From Klebsormidium nitens (Eukaryota > Plantae > Klebsormidiophyceae), in contig DF237306.1 of assembly GCA_000708835.1 (NCBI GenBank), forward strand, positions 1 through 64,000: a DNA stretch of 64,000 nucleotides, written 5' to 3'. Shown here piece after piece: positions 11,001-23,093 of this stretch (the stretch's first letter is position 1; every line of letters starts with the position of its first letter). Under the pieces are notes generated by a model. The model saw nothing but the letters and a program-made list of their open reading frames with translations, was not told the DNA's origin and did not search any database. Position numbers and translations under genes: made by a program.

Positions 11001-14000
11001 ACAGAGGTGATGTCAGCGGCGTTGCTCCGCCTCAGTCCGGGGGAGTCCCACGAAGTGAACGAAGGGTGCTCGAGCGAAGTAACAAACGGAAGTTGCCATT
11101 TAGTGGTCCAGAAGAGGAAGGGGAAGTAGTGGCTTTCACGGCAGGCGGCACGGGCGCCTCTGGGGGCGACGCCGCTGTCGCCCCATTGATCGAAAGGGTT
11201 CCCCCGGAGAAGAAAACGGAAACTTCGGACGAAGAGTTTCGTGCCATGCTGGGGACCTTATTAATTCAAGCTGGCGAACTTCAGAAGGCGGCCGCACAGG
11301 TAAGCATCTGTTAGCCCAGCGGGTCAGGCGATGGAACGATTTGAATATCAGGACCACTGAAACAGCAGCTTTTACCTTGGCAACTTTTGTTGCAGAACCG
11401 GTTGGTTTGATTGCTTACGGTCTGAAAGAGTGCTCAGCGGTTGTGCGCTATTAGGCTACATGAAACCTCAAGGGTTTTAAACAGCGAGGTGATGGCTGGA
11501 ACAGTCAACATTGAGGTCGCTTCGTTTGCATCCATTTGACAGGCGTCTGAATTGGAATCTGCTTCTAAACCAACGCAGCAATACAGGGCTTCAGATGTTT
11601 TGTCCTGTTTTGCAACCTTCAGTGCTAACGCTATCGCTGTTGTTTCTCTTCCAGTCTACCGCAGCCGCAGCTTCGCCGAGTTCCCTGTCGTCTCAGCCGA
11701 GCCCGTCGACCCCTCCCTCAGCAGCTCTCGTGCCTCTGCCAGCAAAACCCCTGCCAACCCCGCAGCTTCAACCTCTCCCTCCACTTCCGCCGCAAGTGGT
11801 TTCGCATGTACAAGGCGAGTGGGCTCACTTAGTCTTCCAACACAATTCAGGATCCTGTATGTTAGAAAAGACGAGATCTGCAAATGGCTTGAAGCGTTGA
11901 GCATGTGAAGATGTGTCCGCAAAGTTACGGATTCTGTTTCTCTCGGGAATTGCAGGAATGAACGTACCGGATCTGTGGGACTCCGTTTCTAGCTTCAAGC
12001 AAAGTTCAGTATGCTCTGAGCTCAACGTCACAGACAGGTTTCTCTCCCTTCGATCGACCGCTCATGATCAGCTGCTTGGGAAAATCATACCAAAAAATTC
12101 ATGGCAGTTTCTTGGAGGTACAAGTATTGGGGATCTCGAATCTGGCCATGCAATTCTTGATTTTCGACTCGCTTTCAGTTTCTGCAGCGCTCCGTTTGAC
12201 GTGCAGGTCTAGGTGCTCAGCAATTGCACACTCACGTAACGAAGCTAGAGGAGAGGTTAGAACATGAGGGACGTCCCCAGGGAAGCAAAGCAGCCGGAAC
12301 CAATGTGGACAAAGTCAGGCGCATGAGTCTTCTTCGCCAGCAGATTGATTACTGTCGGCAGCGTGCAAACGAGCTCGCGGAGGGGGCGGACGACACCCCG
12401 AGCCCGACTGCTGCGGTGCGGAAGCTTGCTGTCGACAGAGGTGATGTCAGCGGCGTTGCTCCGCCTCAGTCCGGGGGAGTCCCACGAAGCCTAAGGGGGG
12501 TGCTCGAGCGAAGTAACAAACGGAAGTTGCTGTTCAGTGGTCCAGAAGAGGAAGGGGAAGTGGTGGCTTCTACGGCAGGCGGCACGGGCGCCTCTGGGGG
12601 CGACGCTGCTGTTGCCCCATCGATCGAAAAGTTTCTCCCGGAAACGAAGAGCTGGTCGGACGAAGACTTTCGTGCCATCCTGGGGACCTTGTTAGCTCAA
12701 GCCGACGAACTCCAAAAGATGGCCACACAGGTAAGCATTTGTCAGCCTAGCGGCGAAAGCGACGGGACGGGTTGAATAGGACCTCTGATACAGCAGCTCT
12801 TGCCTTGGCAAGTTTTGTCGGAGGAGCGATTGGCTTGATCGCTTACATTTTGAAAAGTATGTTTAGCGGTAGTTGGCTGTGCGGCCATTCGACACTGCTA
12901 AGCTTCAGAACGGCGAGCTAATCGTCAACGATGAGGTCCCTTCTTTCGTGTGAATCTCTCTGTTGACGGGCATCCAAGGATATAAGAGGGCGCTGTTCCT
13001 GCTGACGTCCAACTCACTGGGCACCTTCGAAAGGTTGCTTTCGGGCTGGCTGAAAGCTTGGCGCACTCTCTTTAAAACAGGCGCACTCCTTATCCTCATG
13101 TTAGCTATCTCTAATTGAAGGTGCGAATATTTGCGTTTGTTTTGGTGCAGACAAGCAGCGTTCAGAAAACGGCGCCCATCAGCTCGGCAGAGATCAGCGA
13201 GCGGAGGCTCGAGACTCGGCAGCCCAAGAAGGACTCGACCCCCGAGGTATGTTTGCCGTTCCACTCTCAGCGTCTAAGGTTTCCAGCCAGGGAGGTTTGC
13301 ATGACGGGTCGGGCTTGTGGGCCGTTGTATCTTTTGAGTGCCGTTGTTGGGGATCAATGGTGCCTTGTCGATGATGGGTTGGAAGTGCCTTGGTCTTACT
13401 GGACACACTTGTTTCGCTGATTGTAATGTCAAGCTGCTAAAAGCAGAGCAACGGCCTGGCCTCCTGCCAGACGCCTCGAAGAGAGCAAAGAGTCGCCGAA
13501 TCTTACCCCGTCCTTTGTCACCCGGAAAAAGTCTGTAAGGAGCCTACATTTGCAGAGCCGACGTTTTCGACCTCGATTAGATTTGTTTCTTCTTTCCCTT
13601 TCGTTCTAAACTGTGTCCTGATTTGCACCTTTCGCTACCATGCGCTCGCTTTTTGCATGGCAGAATCCAATTGGCTCTTCCCAACTACCTAATACTTGAG
13701 CTGACTGCGAAATCTTTGCTCCCGCAGCTCTCAAGCACGCCGCTTGCCAGCTTCAGCCAGCGAGCGCCTGGGTTGGGACTCGCCCAATCAAAGCCAGTCG
13801 CCGGAGCGGGAGGCAGTGACGTCATCGCAGAGCCGAGAAATCCGCAGAAGAGCAGCAGCGTCAGAAAGGCGAGCGCGGCGACCTTGCCTGCGGTAGCGGA
13901 GTGGTGCTACGAGGGGCGCAACAAGAAGATGAGCGGGCCGTACCCGCTGGATTTGCTGATGATCGGGCTGGATGGCGGCAAGCTGAAGCCGCACCTGCAA

Positions 14001-16474
14001 GTGTATAAGAAGAAGAGGGGCGGCTTCTGGCCTCCCGTCAGGCTGCAGGACCTACTGGACGGGACAGTCGACTTGGAAGCCATGGAGGAGCACAAGGGAA
14101 AAGGAGAGGCGGAAGCGGGCGGGGGGGATCCCCCTCCTCACGGCGGCCGCTCGCTTGCCTTGGCAGGGGTTGATGCAAGCGGTCTAACTGGGAGCGTTCG
14201 GACGGGTCTAAACCGGGTCGGGAACGGGGTTGGGAACGGGGTGGAGGGAGCAGCTGCAAACGGCGTCGAACAGACATTCGGTCGTAGTAAGCACAAAGTG
14301 AGGATTTATTTGCCGGGGCCTAGCAAGGAGGTAGGTTCCGATGCAGCTGGATTCGGTGCGAACGGCGTCGGAGGTGTGAGTTCCGTCGGACTCCGTGTGA
14401 ATGGGCCCAGCGGCACCTTGACGGACGGAACCAGGGCCACCCGGGAGCCAAATGCGGGGAGTGATGCAATGGAAGACAACGGGCCAACCAACACAGCTTT
14501 GGAAGAAGTTGGTGCGATGAGGGGAATCAGCAAGGCCAGCAGTCTTAACGGCAAGGGGGACCCCAGTATCTCCACAGCGGATAGAAATGCCCCTTGCAGA
14601 GTCCGCTAAGAAGCGTTTGAAGGAAGCATCGCGTGTTACGGAGTCTCTTCTGGAAGGGTCCAATGTGCACGGGGGTGATGCGGAACGCAGCCCTGGGAAT
14701 GGGGCCGAGCCAGGAGAAAACTTCTTCGGCGTTTCTGGGAACAGGGCCAGCACAGCTGCGGCGGCTGGAGAGGACGTGACTGAGGCCAGCCGAACTCGGG
14801 CACAGGGAACTGGTTCCAAACTCGAAGGGAGTGCACAGGAAGGTGCGGTCGGCGGTGCGGACACGGCGTTGAGCGTGCAGGCAACAAACGAGGCCGCAGG
14901 GGGGCTGATTGAGTGGAGAGTGAAGCGGAAGCTTCGGGCGAGGGGTTTGAGTGCAGCTGGATGGCAAATCGGGAAAGCACTGTGGGAATCGTAGGAAGCG
15001 GAACGCGTACCCGGGGCCCCTTCTATGGCTGGGGTGGGCGAGTATGCCCCCCCCGAAAAGAAGCAGAAGATTAAGGTTGTGGTGATATCCCGCTTACCTC
15101 TGGTGAGACGCTTTACTTGAGCGCCTTTGCATTACGATATGATAGGTGGCTGTTGCTCTGATGTCTATCTTCAGATTGGAGGCTCACAGTCTTCCGACCT
15201 TTGAGAGTCGCATCGCTTGTCTGAATGTTTCAGTCTTGCAGTTCGAGATTCAGGACCCTAAACTCCAAATGCGTGCATGGTCTGAAGTAAGATCCGGGGC
15301 TTCGTTGGAGGTCGGAACTAAGTCTAAATGTGAAAAGCTGCGCACATGTTGAAAACGAAGCGAGGGCCCTTGTCACTTCTCGTGAACCCGCTAGCTCTGC
15401 GTAAGGTGTTGACGTGGGCGCTCTCTCTTGCTTTTCCAACGTCCGGCGGATTCTGACAGCACCAGCGGCTGGGAAGCGGGGACAACCGTAGGGTAATCTG
15501 CATAGTTTTGCAAGACTTTGTTTGTGGAGAGTTGCGTCCATGATAGCAAAGAGGAGAGCGGGGTTTTTCTAGAGCCGTGATGTCATTTGGTACAGGAAAA
15601 GGAGCCGGAGCTTGCTGACGGTGCCGTACAAAACACGGAGAATCTGAAACTCACGAAGCACAAGCACAATCCAACGCAATAGGTGTGTGTCCTCTCTGCA
15701 ATCTCCACTTACGGCGAGTTAGAAAGTGTCACGTTTGCCATATGATCTGGTGGCTTATGATTCTTGTGACAAAGGTTTACCCGAGAGGAGGCTATATTGA
15801 GAAGAACCGCAGCTTCCCTGGCCTAGTGCTTTGGAAATCTTCATGTGCTGCCATTCTGCGCCACCCTTCCTCAAAACTGCTCGAAACTCAAGTATGCCAT
15901 AATGGTCTGTGAGCCATCAGATGCAAGCCTCCGCAGCTCACCTGCTGGTCTTCTTGCAAGGGAGTCAGGATTCTGGTAGCTCTTCGTGTCCAGATAACCA
16001 GAAGACAGCCTTCCTCCTTTCCCTTAGCTATTCATTTGGAATTACCGGAAGACAGCCTTCGTCCTGCCCCTGATGCGGAAGGGAGCATGGGGATGTGCTC
16101 CAATGTTCTCTGGCGAGCTTGGTTCCATCAGATGCTGTAGTTCTCAAGGGGGGAGAAAAGCACAAGAAGAAAGACGACTCGATCGAAGACAGTTCATATT
16201 CTTGCAGGCCACGAACTCGAATGTATGTGCCATCTGCGAAGAGGAGTGGGACAATGCGCGTCGGAGGACGGTAATCGTCCCTAGCCGAAAGTACGAATGC
16301 GGGCATGCTTTGTATTGCAACCAGTGTCTGGAGAACTTCTTTGAAAGAATGCGCAAAGTGAAAGCAGGCACGTCCACCTATGAGTGCCCAAGTAAGTGTA
16401 ATCTAGGTCCGAAGATGCCAAGGTTGATGCCTGTATTTATTGGTTCCAAGCATATGAGAAACATCCAATTGTAG
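8091..16474 (+). CDS. Gene B: bromodomain + MED15-like helical domain + duplicated P-rich/coiled module + GYF_2-like domain + RING; possibly disrupted in its large internal exon
   Basis: Phase-consistent exons 8091-8565 (bromodomain: WYFAEPVD..IPTYFDVIKQPMDLGTV..VRLTFCNAM), 9045-9127, 9419-9709, 10264-10414, 10773-11299, 11655-11814, 12207-12730, 13728-~15080 (WCYEGRNKKMSGPYPLDLLMIGLDGGKL..VY), terminal RING exon 16208-16474. Frame switch at 14521-14609 and in-frame TAG at 14992. Exons between 15.1 and 16.2 kb unresolved. Confidence 0.72.
10203..12890 (+). repeat. Intragenic direct duplication of about 1.25-1.4 kb (about 10203-11460 and 11590-12890), each unit holding two exons
   Basis: Long near-identical stretches at an offset of about 1390-1430 bp in exons (gcggaagcttgctgtcgacagaggtgatgtcagcggcgttgctccgcctcagtccgggggagtcccacgaag) and introns. 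Confidence 0.92.
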
Positions 16475-17685
16475 ACTGGATGACTTGAGCAAGTGTAGTC
16501 AAAGACGCTGTGAGCAGTCACTTCGAGCAGGTATCCATAAAATGCTTTCGATTGAAAATAATGAAACGACCAGAGCCTTTAATTATCCGTCCAAGTTTCG
16601 TTTGGTGGTGCACTGAGCTTTAATGTAATCACAGCTTAATCCAGCTCCAACCCTTAAATCATGCTATGATTCGCTTGCGCGGCAGATGCATGCCGACCTC
16701 TGACTTTTGATGTACCCCTTTGCGCTCGGTCTCATCATGACGACGAACTTGCATTCTAGATTGCTCATGGAATTTTCCGCACACGCGTACTAAAGTACTC
16801 GATCGGTGTATAAACGCGTGACAAAATCGATGAATTGCACCGAATGCGGCTGCATTTTTGAGCGCGAAGTGACGCTTGAGCGCGAGCTCTCAGTATATGG
16901 AGGCCTACTTAGAAGGGGCCAGATGGCCCGAGTCAAGCACCGAATTCTCGTACCGATAATAAGTTCGTATGTAATCAGTGACATCAAATCGAAAATTGAC
17001 ATTGGACTTGACCATCATTCATCCACGGCCTCATTTAACGAGGTACGTACCGCATCGCAAGATGGCCACCAGACTCCAGCCGTTGCAAGCGTTCCGGTGC
17101 ATGATGATCGACGCTGGCGGCTACAGCGACCGGCAGTTAGTTGCATCCGGCAAGAATTCAGATGGTATGCATACCGTCCGACAAATGTTCATTCTCGTAA
17201 AGTCAAATATGAAATAGCCGACTTAATGGTGTGCAAAAAGTACGCATATCCAATCACGATGTGGGCATTGTTGGGAGGCATATGAGCTTTTTGGGGGCTT
17301 TTGAACGGGCAATCTATGAATGTGCACGCTTGGCTCATGTCAATTAGATTGGGAGGGGTGGTGCACCGTCCGCCAGATTGAAGTTCATCAGATGCTGCCT
17401 GGTTTCCGGGATGGGTATCCTAGCTCGAAGTAAGCGGGATGGATGTTTTGATCAAGTCTACTCGAGTGGACTCTGGATAGGCATCGGGCCATACTGTTGG
17501 TGTTGGCGGATAGAAAACGTTTGCTTCGTGTTCATTAACCTACTCATCTTTGTTTACCGAGGAGCGCCGAGCTAGTGAATAGAAGAATCTCAACCAAGAT
17601 CGACGTAACGTTTAGGACAACCCGGAGTAGTCGAAGACACACAGCATTTTAGCAATGTAAGAGATGCTGAAAGAACTTATTGTTT

Positions 17686-18647
17686 TTACAACCATCTTCT
17701 TAGCACGTTCTTGAGCAATAACCTGACAGTTTCGCGTTTGACATAGCCTCCAGTAGAACGTGGTTCAAAAATCTCTACGTGCACAGAGAATCCATGCAGA
17801 ACGCTGGTGGCAGGAACTTTTGTGCCAGCTCTTAGATACTTCATGAGACTCTGCTCCCCATCGTTACACTCCAAGTCCATTGAAGCGTTGAAGAACTTGT
17901 AGTCCTCGCCGTCCACATCTCTTATTGCTCTGGCAGCCGTCAGATGATACCTTGAAGGTCCATGAAGGGGTGTGTGGGTCCCAGCTCCGGGGACTACCCG
18001 GTCCAGCAGAACCTGCACTTTCCCGTCCGTTTTGCGCATCAGCTTCCACGAGAAAGAGATGACGTCTTGCTTGCGCAACACTTGTGCTGGATCACCGTGC
18101 GTTTCAGGCCTGGGCCAATAAGGCCCTTCGTATTCAGCCATTCTCTGTAGAATAGTTGAATATACTCTTCCTTGACGCACAGATTCGTGCGCCCCTCTCA
18201 GAACTGCCGCGCACTCCTGCTCGAAATCTTGGCAGTTGGGGTCTCTGCAGCCTCGCAGCTCTCGTCCAAGCTCGCTGCTCTCGGCTGAACAAAACAAGAT
18301 TCCTTCATCGTTCAAATACGCGTCGACCAGCATGACGAAGTCAAAGAGAGCTCGCCATTGATTTGGCATTCGCAGCTTGGCTTCAGCCTTGCACACCGCT
18401 TCATAGAGAGTCTTTGAAAGAGACGCTTGTAGCCGCAAGGGTGCCCTGCGCCACAGTGCGCTTCAACAAGCTCCTTTGCAAGGGGTGTCGTCAACGAAGG
18501 GCTATCTAGTTCGCACCAAGTCTTCCAGCGGAGACTCCTATCTACCAAGTTCCTCAGGGTTGTTGACAGAACGGCAAGCTTGCAAGCATCTTCCGGTGTC
18601 AAAAACCCTAGCAGGTAGTCAAAGAGAGATTCGTCTAGGTCCTCGAT
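17686..18647 (-). pseudogene. F-box gene copy 1 (start ATG changed to ATC; 1-nt deletion near 18351)
   Basis: IEDLDESLFDYLLGFLTPEDACKLAVLSTTLRNLV..W F-box motif. The codon aligned with the paralogs' ATG is ATC (18647-18645). GGCGAGCTCTC lacks one G versus copy 2 GGCGAGGCCCTC. Ends in the shared LLKNVLRRWL*. Confidence 0.8.
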
Positions 18648-19695
18648 GAGCTTTGCTACACTAAAACAGAACGAAGCCCTTTCTGCCAACCTGTGTGACG
18701 TTTGTGAGCGTAAGCAATCAATGTCTGCAATGTCGACCGCCTGCAGGGGAGGAATGGGGACGATCTGCACCCGCTTCCCCGCCTTTTGAGCTGCTAATCG
18801 CCGACCAAGAGGCGCGCATGCGCGGCCGCCTGGCTGTCAGATAAAACCCTCAGCCTCAGCCTCCGCGCGCGGCCTGACATCCGCAATGTTCGAAAGCCTG
18901 CATGTTGTCCATTCCCGCTGATAGACATCCGGACCTTGCTCCTCCTCCACCTTTGATCATGATGCGGACCGGATATGGAAACCCGCCATGTCTGCATGGC
19001 ATGGATTTGTAATGCACTCTCATGCTTAGCTTCCTGTCCGGCCACTTGCTTAAGGCCGCGACGGATGTCAAGAATTCATGCTGTTTTACGTTGTGCCCTG
19101 CACTGTGAACCATTTTGATGCATAATAAGTGAGGGTGCGTCGCGTCGAGGCTTTTGAGCTCTCCAGGTGCAGTAGTCTGGGTGCGTTCTTGAATATTGAA
19201 ATAACTTTTGCACGACTGCCCGTATGAGGCTTTCAAACGACTAGACTGGCCGATTGGAGAATGGAACGGTTGATCCTCAGGCCTAGACTAGAAAGCTGAT
19301 CCAGGCTTGGACCCTAAATCAACTTGAAGCTTCGATTTGCCGCGGCACTAAAACCTGACCATTCCAGTGTTTTGACCATTCTGATGGGGTTGACATTGGC
19401 CTCGCCTTGTATTTGGTATCAGCACTAGGCGGCTTGACAGCAATCTTCAGTTGCAAGTTTGAATTCTTCTTACATGAGGACCACAGAACTTCTCTACATA
19501 AGACCCTTCAACATGGTCGACGAAGCGCTCGGTGTCTCTCTTTTGTGCTCCTAGGCAGCTTCAAGTCGCAGGACTGAGACTCCGAGTCCTCAACTTCCTG
19601 GATGGACCGAGACAGGTTGGACAACCTCCTGCAAGTGCCTGGCTTTAGGGCACCTTGAAAAATGGACTGTGAGGCAAGCTGCATTTATGAGTCTC

Positions 19696-20707
19696 TTATA
19701 ACCACCTTCTGAGCACGTTCTTGAGCAGCACCCTGCTGACGTTGTCTCGTCCAACAAAGCAGCTAAATTTCCAATCCAGATCAGAGAGTCCTGCGTACAC
19801 AGACACTCTTTGTAGCACGCTGCTTGCAGGAACCTTTAAGTCACTTGCACTGTTCACAAATTCGTGGCATCCAATCTCCGCTTCGGTACACACCAAGTAC
19901 ATCAGTGCGTGAAAGGAGACGAAATTTTCGCCCTCCCCATCCCTGATGATTTCGGAAGCTCCCAGCGGATCCGCCGCTAGTGGATCGGGAGGAAGGTTAG
20001 AAGGGTAGACATCCACTAGATCCTTTCTGATCTCAGAAAGGGCCCGGTCTAGCAGACTGTAATCTCCCGTCCGTCTTGCGCATCAGCTTCCACGAGAAAG
20101 TGATGACGTTTCTCTTGCGCACCGCTTGTGCTGGACTCACCACCATCTTGAGCCCTTGTGTGAACGCAGATTGCAGGGGCCGGTCTTGTTCAGCCATTTC
20201 TTCTTGTATGATTGAACAAATTTCACCTCGACGCACAAACTTGTGCGCCACTTTCAGAACTGCCCCGCACGCCTGCTTGAAGTCCTGGCAGTTCGGGTCT
20301 ATGCAGCCTCGCAGCTCTTGTCCAAGCTCGCTGCTCTCAGCCGAACAGAACAAAATTCCCTCATCGTCCAAATAGACGTCGACCATCATGACGAAGTCAA
20401 AGAGGGCCTCGCCGTTGATCATCTGGCATTCGCAGCTTGGCTTCAGCCTTGCACACCGTTTGATTGACAGCCTTTGAAACAGACGCTTGTAGCCACAAGG
20501 GTGCCCTGCGCCATAGTGCGCTTCAACAAGCTCCTTTGCAAGGGGTGTCGTCAACGAAGGGCTATCCTGCTCGCACCAAGTCTTCCAGCGGAGACTCCTA
20601 TCTACCAAGTTCCTCAGGGTTGTTGACAAAATGGCAAGCTTGCAGGCATCTTCCGGAGGAATGAAGCCTAGCATGTAGTCGAAGAGAGCATCGTCCAGAT
20701 CTTCCAT
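19696..20707 (-). pseudogene. F-box gene copy 2 (2-nt deletion near 20056)
   Basis: MEDLDDALFDYMLGFIPPEDACKLAILSTTLRNLV; CAG-T-CTGCTAGACCGG versus paralog CAG GTT CTG CTG GAC CGG; the downstream frame (ORF 19696-20016) ends LLKNVLRRWL*. Confidence 0.8.
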
Positions 20708-21680
20708 GGTCTTTGCTGCAAAGTGCTTACGAAGTATTTTGCGAACCTGCTTCTTCAAGCCTGAGGCTGGAGCGGGTGTTTTAATCTTCTGCGGCACGGC
20801 AGCTCTCGTACGTCGGCTGGCAGCCCGCGGGCCAGAGGGTTTACATGATGGCTAGGCGGCCGCGCGTGCGCATCCCGGGTACCGCGTGCCTAAAGAATTG
20901 GATGGGAGTGATCTTGACACCGGGTGCTCTTGCGAGAGCGATTTCAAAAGTCTGTCTCCTGGCAGCCAGATACGAATTTCTCGCATCCATAAAGGTCAAC
21001 TCGTAACACATAGCAAGATGCGAGCTGTGCGCCAAAGAAGCGCTAGCAAGCATCTGCGATCATGATGTGGACCAATAGCAACCAGCAATGTCTGCATGGC
21101 ATGATTATGTCATACAAGCAAATGCTTAGCTTCATGCCACCCGGTCATATGCTCAAGCTGGCCGCAATGGAAGGTTAATGATTCATGGACTGCCAATATT
21201 GGTGTCCTGTACTTCACGTCATCATCCTGAGGTTGATACATGATGAGGGTGATCAAAGGCGGTTGGATAGCCTTTTCGCACGATCTCCCCCGTTGAGGGG
21301 AAGGAGCGTTTGTTTGAAATACATCCCAAGGAATCTAAGCTGGACTCCAGGGTTACAATCTAGCTCCAGATTCAACCGCGTGCAGGATGAGGCGTCGTGA
21401 CATGGACCGAAGATAGGCCTCACCGGATTATTGGTGTGGGGGCAATAACCAAAATCTTGCCTTTATACCAACCTCAACCTCCTCTCTTTTGGAAAGCAGC
21501 ACAATTCTATGTAGACCCCTTTACCATATCGAAAGAGCGCTCAGTATTCTGATCGATGAATCTTGAAGTCGTCAGAGGACCGAACAATTTGGTCGGCCGA
21601 AAATGAAGTGGATAACGTTCTGCAATTACCTTCAGAAAAGTCACTTTATGGCTGTCAGCGAAGCTGCATGGGTCAGTTGC

Positions 21681-22639
21681 TCACAACCACCTTCTAAGGA
21701 CGTTCCGGAGCAATACCTTGGCGGTGTCTCGTTGAACAAAGCAGTTAAATTCGGGACATGGAGTAGAGAGCCCTGCGTGTACATATAACCCCTGCAGCAT
21801 GCCGCCTGCAGGAATCGCAGAGTCATCTTTCCAATCCTCCTCGACTTGCTGTTCCTCATCAATATATACGCCAGATACATCAGAGCTTCAAAGCACACAA
21901 ATTTCTCGCCCTCCACATCTCGAAGTGTTTCGCTAGCCGTCAGCAGCGGGATTCTGGAAGGGTAGTAAGTTGGTAAGTCGACGCTGGTCTCGGGGATTGC
22001 CCGTTCCAGCAAGGTTTGCATTTTTCCATCCCTCTTGCGCATCAGCTTCAACGAGAAAGAGATGACGTTTCGTTTGCTCCCCGCCATTTCAGGCCTCCTT
22101 GTAAAAGGCCAATGCCATCTGTGTTCAGCCAGGATTTGCAGTATGGTCGAACGTACTTCTCCTTGACGCGTGGATGTGTGCGCTCCTTTCAGAACTGCCC
22201 CACACTCTTGCTCCAACTTGTAGCAATCAGGCTCTGTGCAGCCTCGCAGCGTCTGTCCACGCTCGCTGCTCTCAGTTGAACAAAATAGGACTCCCTCAGT
22301 GTTCAAATATACGTCAACCAGCATGACAAATTCAAAGAGGCCGTCGTCTTTTTTTCGGCATTCACAGCTCGGCTCTAGCTTTGCACACCTTTTGATTGAA
22401 AGCCTCTGAAAGAGGTGCTTATAGCCGCCAGATTGTGTACCATAGTGCGCTTCAACAAGCTCCTTTGCAAGGGGTGTTGTCAACGAAGGGCTGTCCTGCT
22501 CGCACCAAAGTCTTCCAGCGAGGACTTCTGTCCGAACCCAGTCCCTCAGGGTTCTTGAGAGGACGGCAAGCTTGCAAGCAGCTTCCGGAGGCATGAAGCC
22601 TAGCAGGTGGTCGAAGAGAAACTCGCCTAAATCCTCCAT
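21681..22639 (-). pseudogene. F-box gene copy 3 (frameshift in TATATATT run at 21861-21868)
   Basis: MEDLGEFLFDHLLGFMPPEAACKLAVLSRTLR; the homologous C-terminus MLQGLYVHAGL..VQRDTAKVLLRNVLRRWL* (stop 21683-21681) is in a different frame from the start. Confidence 0.78.
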
Positions 22640-23093
22640 GAGGCTCGCTTGTATATTGAATCAGAAGCTCGTTTGTCGACCTGTTGACATCATGGTGTTT
22701 GTTCTCAATTCAAGGAGCAAAAGTCTGGTGCGCTCTACGTTGAGAGTACGTTGCAGCATGCAGCTCTAACGGGAGCAATCGCGTACGGCGGCCGGCCGCG
22801 CGCGGAGAGGGTTTACGATCCGAGCCGGTTAGGCGGCCGTGCACGCCTGCCTTTCAGGCGGCCGCCAGGCAGTTCGGACCGCCCACGTAAGATCGTACAG
22901 GGTGCCGGCGTCTTCCGTTAATTGGCGGCGTCTTGAAGGCAAAGCAGCTGAAAGTTTTAGCATACTGATGCAGGCTTGTTGAGCATTTTGGTGCTGTTAT
23001 GTGCTAGGCAAGCTGCCCTTAAGGTAGATGAAACCTGCGGGCGGTTCCGCCATGCACACTGAGCGCCTTGCGTTTGTACGGTCAACGCACGCC

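Noticed and set aside
14992-14994. Stop-codon reassignment or programmed readthrough as an explanation for in-frame TAG/TGA codons
   Set aside because: All conserved genes here end at ordinary stops and contain no internal ones; isolated stops in decaying duplicates are better explained as nonsense mutations.
16806-17285. 159-aa ORF between gene B and the F-box array
   Set aside because: No recognisable motif, paralog or splice context; likely a chance ORF.
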